Below, piece after piece: positions 1-12,317 of a stretch of 64,000 nucleotides of DNA (position 1 is its first letter; each line of letters begins with the position of its first letter). The notes beneath the pieces were generated by a model. The model did no database searches, had not been told where the DNA came from, and saw nothing but the letters and a program-made list of their open reading frames with translations. Both the position numbers and the translations under genes were made by a program. This stretch comes from Podarcis melisellensis (lineage: Eukaryota), in assembly GCA_964234715.1 (NCBI GenBank), contig OZ174280.1; one strand, 5' to 3'.

Positions 1-599
1 GGTCAGCGTCAGGCTATCAGGATTACATTTTTGTTTACAAGAGTGCCTAAGAGCCACCAACCAGAGCCAGGTCCTAAATAGTGTCTGATGAGGTGGAACC
101 CATCCTTGCATTTAAGCACTAGTCTGGTAACTATAAGTGACATGCAGATGAGTGAGCGAGCAGTTGTAGGAGATATGGAGGGCTCCATCCTTTATGCACC
201 AAACATAGAAATTGGAGAACTGCTAGAGGAACATTCTTTGCTGTTGTCCCCCACAACTGCTCCCCTGTGTCCAGTGGTGATGATGATGTAAGCTAGTAAC
301 TTTTGTGAGGCTTAGTTACAATACTGATGGAATGAATTAATCACCATCACCCTGGGAGCCAAACAGTGGAGGGATCTAGATAAACAAGTACAAATAACAT
401 CAGAATTACTACAATTGGGGGTCAGAAAGCTTTGCCAATCCACTACAAATCTACTGAATCACTGATTTACTTTTTGCACAGACCCTGCATTGGAAATGGA
501 GCATGAGCTGTGTCAAAATTCAAAGCTGATTTGGTTTTATCTGGCTTGATGAGATATCTGGAGAGATGATGAGTATGGTAGTTCTGCTCTTCCTCCACA

Positions 600-762
600 T
601 TACTGCAGTAGTGCTTCTGAATGCCAGTTGCTGGAAACCACATGAGGAGAAAGTGCTCTTGTGCTCAGGCCCTCCTTGTGAGTTTCCTACTGGCATCTGG
701 TTGGCCACTGTGAGAACAGGATGCTGGAATAGATGGGCCCTTGGCCTGATCCAGCAGGCTCA
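600..762 (+). mobile_element. CR1-type LINE 3' UTR fragment
   Basis: GGCATCTGGTTGGCCACTGTGAGAACAGGATGCTGGAATAGATGGGCCCTTGGCCTGATCCAGCAGGCTC resembles the reptile CR1 3' tail; related copies near 31.4, 35.5 and 57.3 kb. Confidence 0.7.
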
Positions 763-2865
763 CCATATGTTTTTATCTTGGATCACTCAGATAAAATATG
801 GAATACAAACGTTTCCCACCATGCGTTTCATTTTATTCATAAGCCCAGACAATATTGCATCCCATTCTATCAGCTGTTGCTTTATCCTCTTGCTCAAGTC
901 ACGTATTTCCCAAGTCGATTATTTCAAATGCTCAAAGTAAGCTCTAATAGGAGGTGGCAGCCAATTAGGAGCCTAAAAGAGATTTTCATCAGCTACTGGA
1001 AAATTAAATACCATAATTATTTAGCTTTAGCTGCCTACATACTCAAGGGGTTAATTATGCGCCTGTAAAGAAACAACATTTGATTTGCCCGGCTTGGGGA
1101 GTTAAAAGGGTCACACAATGGGAATATGGCCTGCAGTTGTGTTTGTTAGTTTTTTAAAAAGTGAGGCCATGGAGCTTTAAGGCAAGACCAGAGTCTTGGC
1201 ACTTCAAAATTTGCCTCTAAGCCACTGCTGCTACACATTCATCAGAAGGGTTAACTCTTAACACAACATATGTACATACAATCCTGTGCCTATAGGCTCT
1301 ATATGTAGAACTGTTGACGCACACATTTCCTGAAGGTATGAAAATGGCTAGAGCAGAAGTAAGTTCCACAGAAATTAATGGCATGTGCAAAATGCAGTGG
1401 AGATATGCACATTCCCCAAGGTCTGTTGGAGATTGTGTATGTTGACCAGAGAATGTTCACAATCCCCTCTTCATTGACAGAGTATGTGCACTAACCTGGT
1501 GAAAGGCCAGTTGTTGAGCATATAGCAGTGACTCAACTTACAGTACCCTAACACACACCCATATTTTATATATAATAGTATTATAGAAAATCACGCAGAA
1601 TATTTTTTGTGTCTGTATATCTATTATATACCAAGTGCAACATTATGATATATATTTTTTTCCTTTTGCCTGTCATTGCTATTAGTTCCCAGTGACCCAG
1701 CACCTATTCTTGCAACTTCTGTTGCAATAATTTTAGGGATAAGACACATGATGCAGAAATAAATTCTGAGGTAAAGAAAGGCATGTTTTCAATTTTATTT
1801 GGGGACCAGGTTGAGGAGTTAGCCTCTGAGCCCCTACCTCATACAGTTGCTGTAAGGATGGGGGTGGGGTGGGGACGGACTGCACGCTCCTAAGAAAAAC
1901 AAACATCATGGTTTTTCAGTGGATATAGATAATCCTGCTCATAAGACATTGTGTTCGTGTTAAGAATCAACAACTCCAGAGGATGATAAAGCAAACACGA
2001 GTGTGTGTAAGTCTGGTCTCATTCATATGAGTTCATTAATTCATGCTAGGAGTGACATATAATGCAATAAGATCCTTTTGCCGTTATATGGCAACAGCAG
2101 AGGAGCTTAACTGCTGCAGCTACTGGAGCCTATCTCTCTTTTTTATGCCTTTCACATCACAGGATATTCAAGGAAAAAACAGTGGAGTTGTTTTGCTGAA
2201 CTGTTGCCACACAACTCACTGCTGGGGTTGATGAGAAAATGAACAAAGGATTACATTGGAGACCTTCCACAGTCTTGTGCAATTGTTCCAGATATACTTT
2301 GGCAGCAGATTGGCTCAAGGGAAGATATTTTGCAAAACAATTTGAACAAAGTCATTATGATGGACGGAACAACACATACCGTAGCGGCTTTTGTCAGCAT
2401 GTAAGGCTCGCAGGTATCAGAGGGGCTCAACAAGCCACAGAAGATACAACCCTTTGCTGCAGACTTTGCCTTTGCCAGGTTTGAACAGATACTAGACCTG
2501 AAACAAATGTAGAAAAACAAGATGGGATCTGAAATGGCAAATGTGATGTGAATTTTGTCACCTAACCCTAAAACCCAACTAACAACTAATATCTGTTTTT
2601 AGCTTCTAGTGGCTGTAAATAGTACTCTGGGTCCAGAGACATCTGAGGTGATGGGCAAGCTTTAAATCAATAAAACTATCAAATTAAATCCTAGCTTGTG
2701 GGGGCGGGACCTTGGATAGGGAGCCTTCCTTACTCGGGTGAGCAGGCCTCTGCACTGAGCACCTGGGGGCAGATGATGATGTTTTCTTGGCAAATCTCTA
2801 AGATGTGTGAAGAGCAAAGACTAGTTGTAGTTTGGGGATCTATTTTTCTTTTTTCCTTTTTAACC

Positions 2866-3064
2866 AGGCAGTGGTGCCCTCCCTGTAGAACACCCTCCCA
2901 TCAGATCTCAGGAAGCTAAAGAATTACACTTTTAGAAAACATCTGAAGGCAAAGTTTTTAATCAGAGAAGTTTTTAATGTCTGACATTCTCCCCCCCCCC
3001 CCATATTTTTCTGCAAGCCACCCAGAGTGGATGGGGAAACCTAGCCAGACGGGTAGGGTATAAA

Positions 3065-3103
<39 letters not shown>
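2866..3103 (+). mobile_element. L2 LINE 3' end with (CAT)n tail
   Basis: Degenerate ORF2 C-terminus (...FRKHLKA-like), then the tail GCCACCCAGAGTGGATGGGGAAACCTAGCCAGACGGGTAGGGTATAAA and (CAT)n at 3065-3103; tail shared with 7680-7797. Confidence 0.7.
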
Positions 3104-3447
3104 TTCCTTACTGGCAAAGCTTGTTTTGCATTAGTGATTGTGAACCACCAGGGCAAATCACAGTTGTACTGGAACCCACTTTTTGGAGTGCATACCCTCC
3201 CAAGGTCAGATTTAAAAAAATCAATTAACATCATGAAAATTCAAAATGAGAAAATATGATCTCTTAGATAAGCAGGTCCTCTGCTGTTTGGGGCTTCATA
3301 TATCAACAGTAAAACCCAAAACGTGTCCCAGTAGTTAATTGGCAGCCAGTACACACCCCTTAACGATGGTGCTGGGAATAGGGCTGCTCCTAAGAGCAGC
3401 TTAGTTGTGGCACAATATATGTATAAATAAACAATTTAAAGACGTTT

Positions 3448-3635
3448 AACATAGGAATATGCTTACACTGAGTTAGACCCACTGGTGCATCTAGCTCAGT
3501 ATTACTGACTGGCAGACGCTGCCTAGCATTTTCAGATGGGGGTCTTTCTTGGTCCTACCTGGAAATGCCCAGGACTGAACCTGGGACCTTCTGTATGGAA
3601 CCCTGATGCTCTGCTAATGAAATACAGCCCTTCTC
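3448..3635 (-). mobile_element. old tRNA-derived SINE (Squam2-like)
   Basis: Reverse strand shows a decayed tRNA-like head with B-box-like GGTTCAGTCC and a CCTATGTT tail; same family recurs at several places in the window. Confidence 0.6.
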
Positions 3636-4904
3636 CTGACCGATAGTGTAAACACAACCTGCATATCCTCATTTTGTCTTTTCCCGAAAACCTCACAGAA
3701 AAGAGGTACTGGCAGTAATGGTGATCATTGGAAAACAGATTGCCCTGCGTTCCTGTGTAGAAAGGGTCAAGCCTTCTTCAGAAGTCGGAGTGGTGGAAGC
3801 AAAGCAAATGTGCTCCCCTGTAAAAATTACCTGTGAACCATGAGGATCTCTCTGAAGGGAATACTATAACATAAGTCAGGCACACACTTGAAAATATCTC
3901 CCAAATCAGTGCTTGATTAATTGGGCATTTTATTAGCTGAACAAAGTTTTAGGCACTATTAAAACAAAAAGGGAATAGAAAAATAATTACAGGACCAAAC
4001 ACCAACAGAGAATACTAATGAAGGATTTAAAATGCAATTTAGGATTTAATCAATTCCTTTACAACCTGACAGATAATTAATTAAGCCTTAAAACAGATGT
4101 CCCAAAAGCATGAACCGAATCTCGGGCCCTATTTATCTGTCACATCCACTCAGTGGCGTGATAGTTTCTTGGCATTACCAGGTTCCAGTGACCTTCGAGC
4201 AGCTGAGATTTCTTAGTCAGTTGCTCCCTCCCTTGGCCTCAAAGGAAATTGCAGTCCCCGTTGGAACCTAATGTTGTTTCTCACTTGCAAGAACACAATT
4301 CCAGAAGGTGCATCAGATGAGACGTTGCTGTTATTTACAGAGAAGAATGTGGTGCAGCTACACTGTTCACAAAAGTGTGCAAGAACTGATGCCACAGTGA
4401 TGATAGTGTAGGCTTGGCAGCACACTAAAGATTCACAAGTACAGCCTGTGATTTCATGCGATTGCCAGCATCAGAAATAAAAAATCAGTTTCAGGGCAGT
4501 GTATAACAGTTGGGAGGTTAAAAAAAAGGGGGACCTCACTATTGGATTTTTGTGAGTGGTGCTGGTGGAGAGCATTTACTCCAATTTTCCCCGGTGGGCA
4601 ACTGCCAAAAAAATAACACCGCCTCTACAATAATGATGCATAATGATGAGAGGAAATCTGTTTAAAAGACTGTTTTAAAACAATGCTGTTACAGCCAATG
4701 ACACTGGTGTTAACTTTGATTTTAAGGTAGTAACAATAGCATTGCTCCTGCAATTGCCTGGTTTACTAAATCATCATTTCACAAATGAAGACAGAGCCGT
4801 GCTGGTAAGTCTCGAATACCAATGCCAACTTCAGGACCTATGCTTCCTCACGCTCCTCAAGTATCCATTCCTATAGACTCTGCTTTAACTGGTGCATTTA
4901 CAAA

Positions 4905-5690
4905 TGGAAGCGGCCTTGTTTTGAGTCATTTGACTGATCCACCTAGGTCAGTATGGTTGACATTGACTGGCGATGACGCTCCAGGGTTTCAGACAGGAAT
5001 CTTTTCCCAACTCAATACCCTGCGGGTGCTGGTGTGATGGTCTGGGAATCCAATTCAGAGGCTGAACTGGAGGAATCCCAGCCTGCACAGGAGTCCCCGC
5101 CTCCAGGGCCAGCTGAACTGGGGCAGGGCCTTGTTTCAGAAGTGCCTGCACCTGTGCTGGATCCTCAGGAGCAGGCACCAGGTGAATCCACTCTGGCTCC
5201 GGAGGTGGTTGAGGACACAGTGCCTACAGGTGCGCCTCTCCCAGCCCTGTCAGGGGAAGGTGAGTCTCCCCCTGGGTCCAGTAACCCTCCAGCCTCTCCT
5301 GAGCTGCAGAGGCTCAGGGCAGAGAGGTGGAGGGAACTGGTTTCTCCCAGGAGGAGTGCTCGCCTTAAGGCCAGGAGAGGTGGGTCTCCTGGGGGCCGGG
5401 ACCACCCCTGGCCTCAGAGAAGATAAAGGCCAGTCAGCCCGGTCCCAGGTTGCGGGAGCAACGTCGTTGAAGAGCTGTTTCGGCCAGCATCCAGTCCTGT
5501 TCCCCAGAGTTCCTGTCCTTGCCTGGCTCCTCGCTGTGGACCCCGCTTCACCCGTGGAGGACTGTCTGCCGACCCTCGACTCAGGTCCTGGACCTCGCCC
5601 CAAGGTAACCTCCTCCCTGGACCAGCACAGCTGGGTATTAAACATGGGAGCTTTTGCATGTGATGCATGTGCTGTACCACTAATCTATTG
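4905..5690 (-). mobile_element. old tRNA-derived SINE split by the solo LTR at 5033-5629
   Basis: 4905-5032 and 5630-5690 join into one copy of the SINE seen at 3448-3635 and 60786-61375. Confidence 0.6.
5033..5629 (+). mobile_element. solo LTR, probably Gypsy/Ty3 type, 597 bp
   Basis: TGTG...CACA termini; perfect 5-bp TSD GCTGG at 5028-5032 and 5630-5634; sharply GC-rich versus flanks; contains ORF 5034-5426; strand inferred from the ORF. Confidence 0.85.
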
Positions 5691-6008
5691 CTCTTTTTTG
5701 TTTGTTTGTTTTAACTCTATAATGAATTGACCCACTTGGTTTCAGATCCAAGAGAGTGTGTGCTCTTTGGGCTAAAGAGGATATACTTAGAAAAACATAA
5801 TTGTACTGCAATATGTTATATCGTATCAGTTCAAAATGAGGCTTCCCAACTTGTGAGATGGCAGTCTGTGCATTGCCACCCTAATGCCTAAAGATGCAAC
5901 CAATGCTCCACTAGAAGATTTAACTTCTAAAGACCCTGGTTAAAGGGTCAGTCTCTAAAGAATGAGCAGAACCCCCCCCCCTTTCTGAATGCAGTAAGGC
6001 TGGATTGC

Positions 6009-6272
6009 TGTTAAGTTGTGGGTGAACATATCAGACGACACAGCGATTCTTCAAACAGCTCTTGTTTATTCACAGGCCAGAACAGAACTGAGCTGAAGGG
6101 TTCAGCCAACCTGCTTATATAGAGCTCAACTACAAGGCAACAGTAACAACTTTCTGTAGCTATCCAATCACTGAACGTCACTTTCAATTCCTTATTTGCA
6201 TATGTGGAACAGAGTGAAAACTATCTACAGTATCCCCCTGCTGGCCCAGGGTGAGAACTTCAGTACATAACA
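6009..6272 (-). mobile_element. solo LTR, 264 bp
   Basis: TGTTA...TAACA termini; 5-bp TSD ATTGC (6004-6008) / ATTAC (6273-6277); on the minus strand TATATAAG precedes AATAAA; contains an octamer ATTTGCAT. Confidence 0.8.
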
Positions 6273-6325
6273 ATTACCACATTTTGAAGTAAGCTACAGT
6301 ATGTAGCAGACATTACCATCTAGAG

Positions 6326-6514
6326 CAGTGGTGGTCAACCTTTCAATACCAATCAATGCCCACTAATGCATCTTTCTTTATGGTAAAATTTCCTTACCGC
6401 CCACCAGTGCTTGATGGATGGAAGATTCAGCTTGTGCTGTAGAACCCCCTACTGCCCACCTAGAATCCTGAAATGCCCACTAGTGGACAGTAGAGACTAG
6501 GTTGACGACCCCTG
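6326..6514. mobile_element. hAT-family MITE
   Basis: TIRs CAGTGGTGGTCAACCT / AGGTTGACGACCCCTG; perfect 8-bp TSD ATCTAGAG at 6318-6325 and 6515-6522. Confidence 0.9.
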
Positions 6515-7679
6515 ATCTAGAGAGTCCTCTGCCCAAAAGACCATTAAGCCTAGAGCCTAAAATTACCTGACTGCACTACTGCCTCCAGTCTGGTGTTTGG
6601 GGTATAATCAGTGGAAATTAGGATCTATTCTCTTGCCTCCCACTTATGGCTATTACTGCGGTTGCCAATAACTGTTATAGCTTTTGGGTAGCAAAACCAT
6701 GCAGCAACTCTTTAAAAATGGAGGATCGCACCACTGACCTTCAGCACTGGCAATTGAAAGAGATGGATCAACCCAATGAGGGCATTGCATTGAACTGCAC
6801 AGAGTTCAGTACTCAGAGGTTGGCTGAGTATGGGTATCCGTTGTTCATGGCTCTTGTCCAATCAGTACACCCAACCAAACATGGGAGGGGTTTGCAATTT
6901 TGGGGGAATTGTTTCCTTCTCTCCACATATTTTCACTGTGTCCTTTAAGAATCATTCCTCTTAATAACTAAAGCATTGCTGCATTGCAGATACTCTTATT
7001 GTAACTGTCAATGCTCTTAGCACTCCTCCACCACCAATTCTGCGGTATTTGCTATTAACTTGAGTAGGATGTGAACTGAACCCCAAGTGCACAATTCGAA
7101 CTGATGTAGGGGTTTTATTTTGTAGAAACCAAAAAGAAGCAGCAGCTAGAAATGGTTTCTTCCATTACGGTAGAATATAAATATTTAACGGGTTAAATAT
7201 TAAATGTAATAAAGTAGAGGAATACCTAAAGGTGCCCCATTTCATCATTTACGTTAATGATGCTTTAATTTTAGTGATTTCTCATTGCAAAGAGAGGGTT
7301 ATATTGTATAGAAAATCGTTTTCTTACTACATGTGGCTTGATTCAGGCTGCTTGCTGGCAGTTAGCATGTCTGCTTGGGTTCAATAAATATTTATCTATC
7401 TTTAAAAAGATCTTGTCATCCTGTATTTTAAAAGGCCTCCAAAAATAGAAAAAGTCTGAAAAAACATTGAGAAGGCACCAGGCAAGCTTCAGTGGAGTGA
7501 GCATTGCCTAAGGTGGGGCACCATGATAAAAAAAAGTATTTCTCTGTCTCTCTCCGGTCACTACTTGCGTAACCTTAAGAAGTAGAGGTAACAGGGAAGG
7601 GTTTCTGGAAATTTTCAAATGCAACGTCTTTTCTCATTAACTGCTGAGAATGGTAAAAAAAAGCAACAACATACACAAC

Positions 7680-7797
7680 TTTTAGTGTTTGATGTGTTTC
7701 CCCTCCCTCTGTATTTTGTTGGAAGCCACCAGAGTGACTGGGGTAACCCAGTCAGATGGGCGGGTTATAAGAAATTTATTATTGTTATTGTTATTGC
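7680..7797 (+). mobile_element. L2 LINE 3' tail
   Basis: GGAAGCCACCAGAGTGACTGGGGTAACCCAGTCAGATGGGCGGGTTATAAG followed by a TTA-rich tail; homologous to the tail near 3015-3065. Confidence 0.65.
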
Positions 7798-9554
7798 CCA
7801 TAGGGCTGATTTTGGCGTACCACTCGTTTTAATGGCACCACCAATTTTTGTCTCAAATTCTACTTCAACACTTTAAAAAATAAGATAAAATAAACGTCCA
7901 GCACTGTTGTAATGTTATGGTCTTTCTTAAGCAAGCATTCTCCTCTTAAGTATAAGAGATAACTGACATCATTATCATAGGAGAATGAACATTTTGGGAA
8001 AGTTCTCATGGGTGGAGTATTTTTTTGGGAGGGAGCTTACCTTACTTTTGAGGTGGCTGGGGGCTGTTTTGAGTGCCTCTTCTTTCATTCTGCAAATCAT
8101 CTCACCTGTCATCTGCACTCTGCAGCCTCCACAGGTGCTCAAACTTCAACTGAGGACTAGGAGAAGATTGGTGCCATTAAGTCTTCCTCCCAAGTAAAAG
8201 TGTTTAGAATTATTGTAACCTTTGTCTTACTGAACACGGATACCATTTTTGAACCCACTGCTTTAAATCATGTATCTTGTATTTCTGGAGCTTTAATCTC
8301 CAGACATACTGTGAGCTTCAATCAATTTAACTAATCCATTAATCAACCACTAGATATAATAATACATTAACATTTGCACCACAAAAAACCATATGACCAT
8401 AAAAGTGCCTTTCTGGATGAGACTAGAGGTTAGTTTAATGCAGCTTTCTGGCTATAATCCCAGCTAATTATTTTCACAGAGTAATCCTATATTCCCATTT
8501 TGGTGGGACTAGAGAGACATTGCTGCTACAATTGTGACTATGAGTATACTTCTCCCTTGGCAGCTCTAATAAAACACTTTGTGTGTGTGCGTGCACACAG
8601 TGGCTGTCTGTTCATGCATCTGTGCTGCCATCCTGCAAGGCAAAAGTGCTTCTGAGTGTTTGGCCAGGCATGGAAATGGCTAGAGTAGGGGGCTTGGCCT
8701 TTAGCAGCAGAGAGCATGTCTCCATATGGCTTCCCTTGTGTGGAGGATGCTACTCTTTGCTATTGTGCCTTTATGTGTGAGAGTATGTGTGTTAGAGCAA
8801 GACAGTTCAACAAGATATAGTGTTCACATATGGCAAAGAGGGAGACAGATGCAGCAGTTACATATTATAGCATGTCTTCTGCCTTCCCTTGCTTGCCTGT
8901 GTGGGATGCTCTGTCCTGGAAACTGCAGTTAGTGTAGAGGAGCTAAATTCCTTGCTGGATGTTTGTGCCTGCAGTTTTGAGGCAGTGGTACCTGTTAGGA
9001 TTCTAGGCCGAGGGATGTTAACAATTCACACAAATTCCCCATTTGTGTTGTGAAGCCAACCTGTTTTGTGCAAGGTCTCCATAATTCCCACCAGCAGAGC
9101 TCTCCTTGGTGTGCTCTACTTGACATGAAACTCAGACATAGCCACAAGTTGTGCACCCTGCTTGAGTCAAACAGCAGCAGATGGTTTTGTGGGCCTGTGC
9201 TGTTGACCTGACCTCCATCTAGCTGAGTCCGTTCTGCATACCAGGATGGAGAGGTGGTGAGGTCAGCATGGTGTAAATAAACCAGCAGAGCCAATCTGAT
9301 GCTACTGCTGGTGCATTTTCACCTCACCAACCTCACCATCACTGCACCCCTGCATCTTCCCCATTCTGATATGCTTCAGTGCCAGCCTTCAGGTGAGTGG
9401 TGCAGCCCCACCATGTTGTCTTCTTCTGGAGTTATGTTAACTGGATGGCCATAGCCTTATAGCAGCTGGGCAATCCTTCCACCGGGGTTTTGCCATCCAT
9501 TTGGCAACCCATCAAGTAACCAATGTGAGAATAAGTCAAATGATATGGGACAAA

Positions 9555-9870
9555 CTAGTCTGGAACAAAGTTGTAATAATGTTCCCAAACCAGTTTATCC
9601 CTTGGGTCACCAGGACATGAGACAGACTTAAACCAAGTGGTGTCTCTTAATCCAATCCACAACCTTCTCACATCTAAGAGAGTTGCTACCCATTCATTTC
9701 TATAGGAACAATGAAGCATTGAATGAAGACAACTATAGAGTGGGGGAGGGGGACTTTCCAACGTTATACCTGATCCTGGGTAGTTTGGTTCCCATCAACT
9801 AGGATAACCCCTTCAGGAAGTTGAGACACCTTGTACACCATCCCAGACATTTCTGCAATTGCAGTATATG
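9555..9870 (-). mobile_element. possible highly decayed L1/Tx1-like RT fragment
   Basis: Minus-strand frames give YKV..., QDQV and LDV/EKV.DWI in the order of the RT motifs DYKI, HPDQxGF and LDAEKAFDRV; needs frameshifts, weak. Confidence 0.25.
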
Positions 9871-9962
9871 GGTCATCTCTCCACAAATGTGCCATAATAA
9901 TAATAATGAGCAGTTTTGGGTCATCCCTCCACAGATGTGCCATAATAATAATGAGCAGTTTT
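9870..9962. repeat. tandem duplication of 48 bp + 45 bp
   Basis: GGGTCATCYCTCCACARATGTGCC(ATA)nATGAGCAGTTTT occurs twice, differing by 2 substitutions and one ATA unit. Confidence 0.9.
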
Positions 9963-10015
9963 TCCGGGCTCAATATACACAAATATCTCTTGACTAACTG
10001 TAGAGGTGCAAATTG

Positions 10016-10877
10016 TTTGCGTGGACAGGCGGAGTCCCCAGATCCTGCGCGGTCCCCCCGTCATGTGGAATAACGACTCAAGACAACGTGCTATGGGATT
10101 AAATTGGCCACAACTTTATTAAATTTCAAATGTGGGTAGACCTTGGCTCAGGCATTGGGCGTTCTCCCTCCCCAGTCCCCAGCCGGGGGCCTAGGGAGCA
10201 TCAGGGTTATCCAGTGTGTGTGTGGGGGATGGGCCGGCTCTGGAGAACATATGTTCAAGCAGAGATAGCCGCCCCCGTAACGCCGCCGCCGCAGGGGAGA
10301 GCAATGACGACCTTCCGGCGTACGGTCAAAGCCTCCCTTCAGAAACCCCTTTAACGGGGAACCCTGGTATCGCCGCCGCAAAGAGGAAGATGGACAAAAG
10401 GATTCCGCCCAAGGCCTGATACTGCCAAAGTTGTGACGTTTTGCTACGGGAAAGGCGAAACCTGCCAATGCAGGGAAATTCCTTTCCGGCCCTTTAACAG
10501 CGACCTTAACGTAGCAGCGCCCGCATACCTGTGAAGAAAATTAACTTGCAAAACATGTGAGGAAAATTAACCTGCAACATAAGACATTGACTGAGGGTGG
10601 GTAGGGTGGGAGAAGCTCTGGAGCCAAGTGAGAATTCCCAGGTAAGATCCTCCCTCCTTTGTGTGGGCAGGTAATCCCTCCCCTACTTGGCCTGGTCTCC
10701 TTGGCAACTCTTTCCCCCAGGTGGGATTGGACAACTGACTGAGGTAGGCGGAGACCTCCAGGTATCCCACCTGAGGGAAGGCATAGCCTAGCCTATGCTG
10801 TTGGAGCCGCTCCAGGTCTAGGGGCTGCACGCGTCCACGCAAAGGGCGCCCCCCGTTTTAAGCGGGGAGCGGTCATT
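10016..10877 (-). mobile_element. non-coding DIRS/Ngaro-like (tyrosine-recombinase retroelement) terminal-repeat element, copy 1
   Basis: GC/CpG-rich and colinear with 23443-24299, sharing ends TTTGCGTGG...GGTCATT; no conventional TSD, only TT; minus-strand AATAAAGTTGTGGCC; 11-bp inverted repeat at 10016-10026 / 10833-10843. Repeat status is certain, the class is inferred. Confidence 0.65.
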
Positions 10878-12317
10878 AATGTTAAAAAGTCACCTAAAAG
10901 CCTTATCACTCTTAAGAGAACTGCCCAGGGGGCTCCCCCCCAGTTTAAGATGGTATTTTGTAAACAACCTTGTGATTTAAATCCAGTTCATTGCAAATCC
11001 ATAAACATAAGCAATCAATTAACAACGACACCTACTAATTTAATGCATTCTGCTTGGGTATTTACATTTTTTATAGCTCTGGGAAACAGCAATTTAACAG
11101 ACGTAGGAGGACAATTCATACTTATTTTCCTTCACATTTATTCTAAGGGCAGTTATATGACAGGAGAAAAACAAAAAAATGAAACAAAAAGAACACCCTG
11201 CTTAAAAACAAAACAAACAACCCACTTCAGAAAACAGCAGTTGTGTACGTCTCATTTGATCATGTGTAGTACAACTTAACTCACAATACCCTTTTGTCAT
11301 TATGCTGAACATTTCTTGCTTCTGCCAGCAGCAGTCAGTGACACAAGACAGAGATAGGGAAACACTCACTGTAATGATATCACAACACAAGATAAGGTGT
11401 ATTACATGCTCCCTGGGGAGAGATCACTACTGGCAGCACCCAGTGTTTCCCATAAGTGTTTCCAACTAAGAAGTTTAGTTGGAGCTCAAATTCAAAAATG
11501 GCAGAGGAGTGCTGCATTTCCTTCCGAGCCAATTTTCAAATTTCTTATGTTTATTAGCACTTCCCTTGGGACTGACAATCAGTATATTCCACAACCATGG
11601 TGAATTATAGCATCTTTAATTTAATTTACTATTAGGAAAATAAAAACAAGAGTTAGGGCGGTTCACAGCAGTCTGTAAATCCATCTCCCAGCACCAGACT
11701 TTTCATTAGGAGGGCCTGAGTTATTGCAGGGTCTCCACATGGCAATGCCAAGTGCTATAACTTCTAAGCAGCCAAGATTTATACTGATTTATCCTTCTGA
11801 GAGCCAACCCCTTTCTCATAAAAGCCGCATATCAGCTTTGTGATGCTAGCCAGCAGACCACCTGCCTCCTCACCACCCGATTTATCATTCGAGTCATCTA
11901 ATGCCACCAAATTCCACCCAGAACACAACTCATTCATTATTTGGCACTAAAGGTCTAAACTCACTTTCAGGTGTTGGAATTCAAACATGTCACACTTCCT
12001 CCTCCTGACTTCAGGCTGTTGAGCCTTTTGCCAAGATGCAAGGTCCCCCCGAGAAAAGAAAAATGATTATCACATCTTCCTGTGATCTTTTTCTTTCTTT
12101 CTTGATTAATATGCATGGAGGAATGAAACAATGGCAGATATGGGAAAGTCACTGATATAATATTTAATGTGGCTTGCCCACATTCTTCCTGACAAAAACT
12201 CTGTGCTTTTAACATCTGACTTTCGAGGAGAACTTCAACAGGGGCAGTTTCCTTGGCACTCCATCCCCATTCCATGAAAACTGTACTGGCTAAATTTCTC
12301 TCTGCTATATAGCTATT

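Noticed and set aside
5131-5730. 199-aa ORF and overlapping antisense ORFs
   Set aside because: Alternative frames of a GC-rich LTR that cross the element boundary; no homology recognised
9870-9962. Possible CRISPR-like repeat
   Set aside because: Only two adjacent units, no spacers, eukaryotic context
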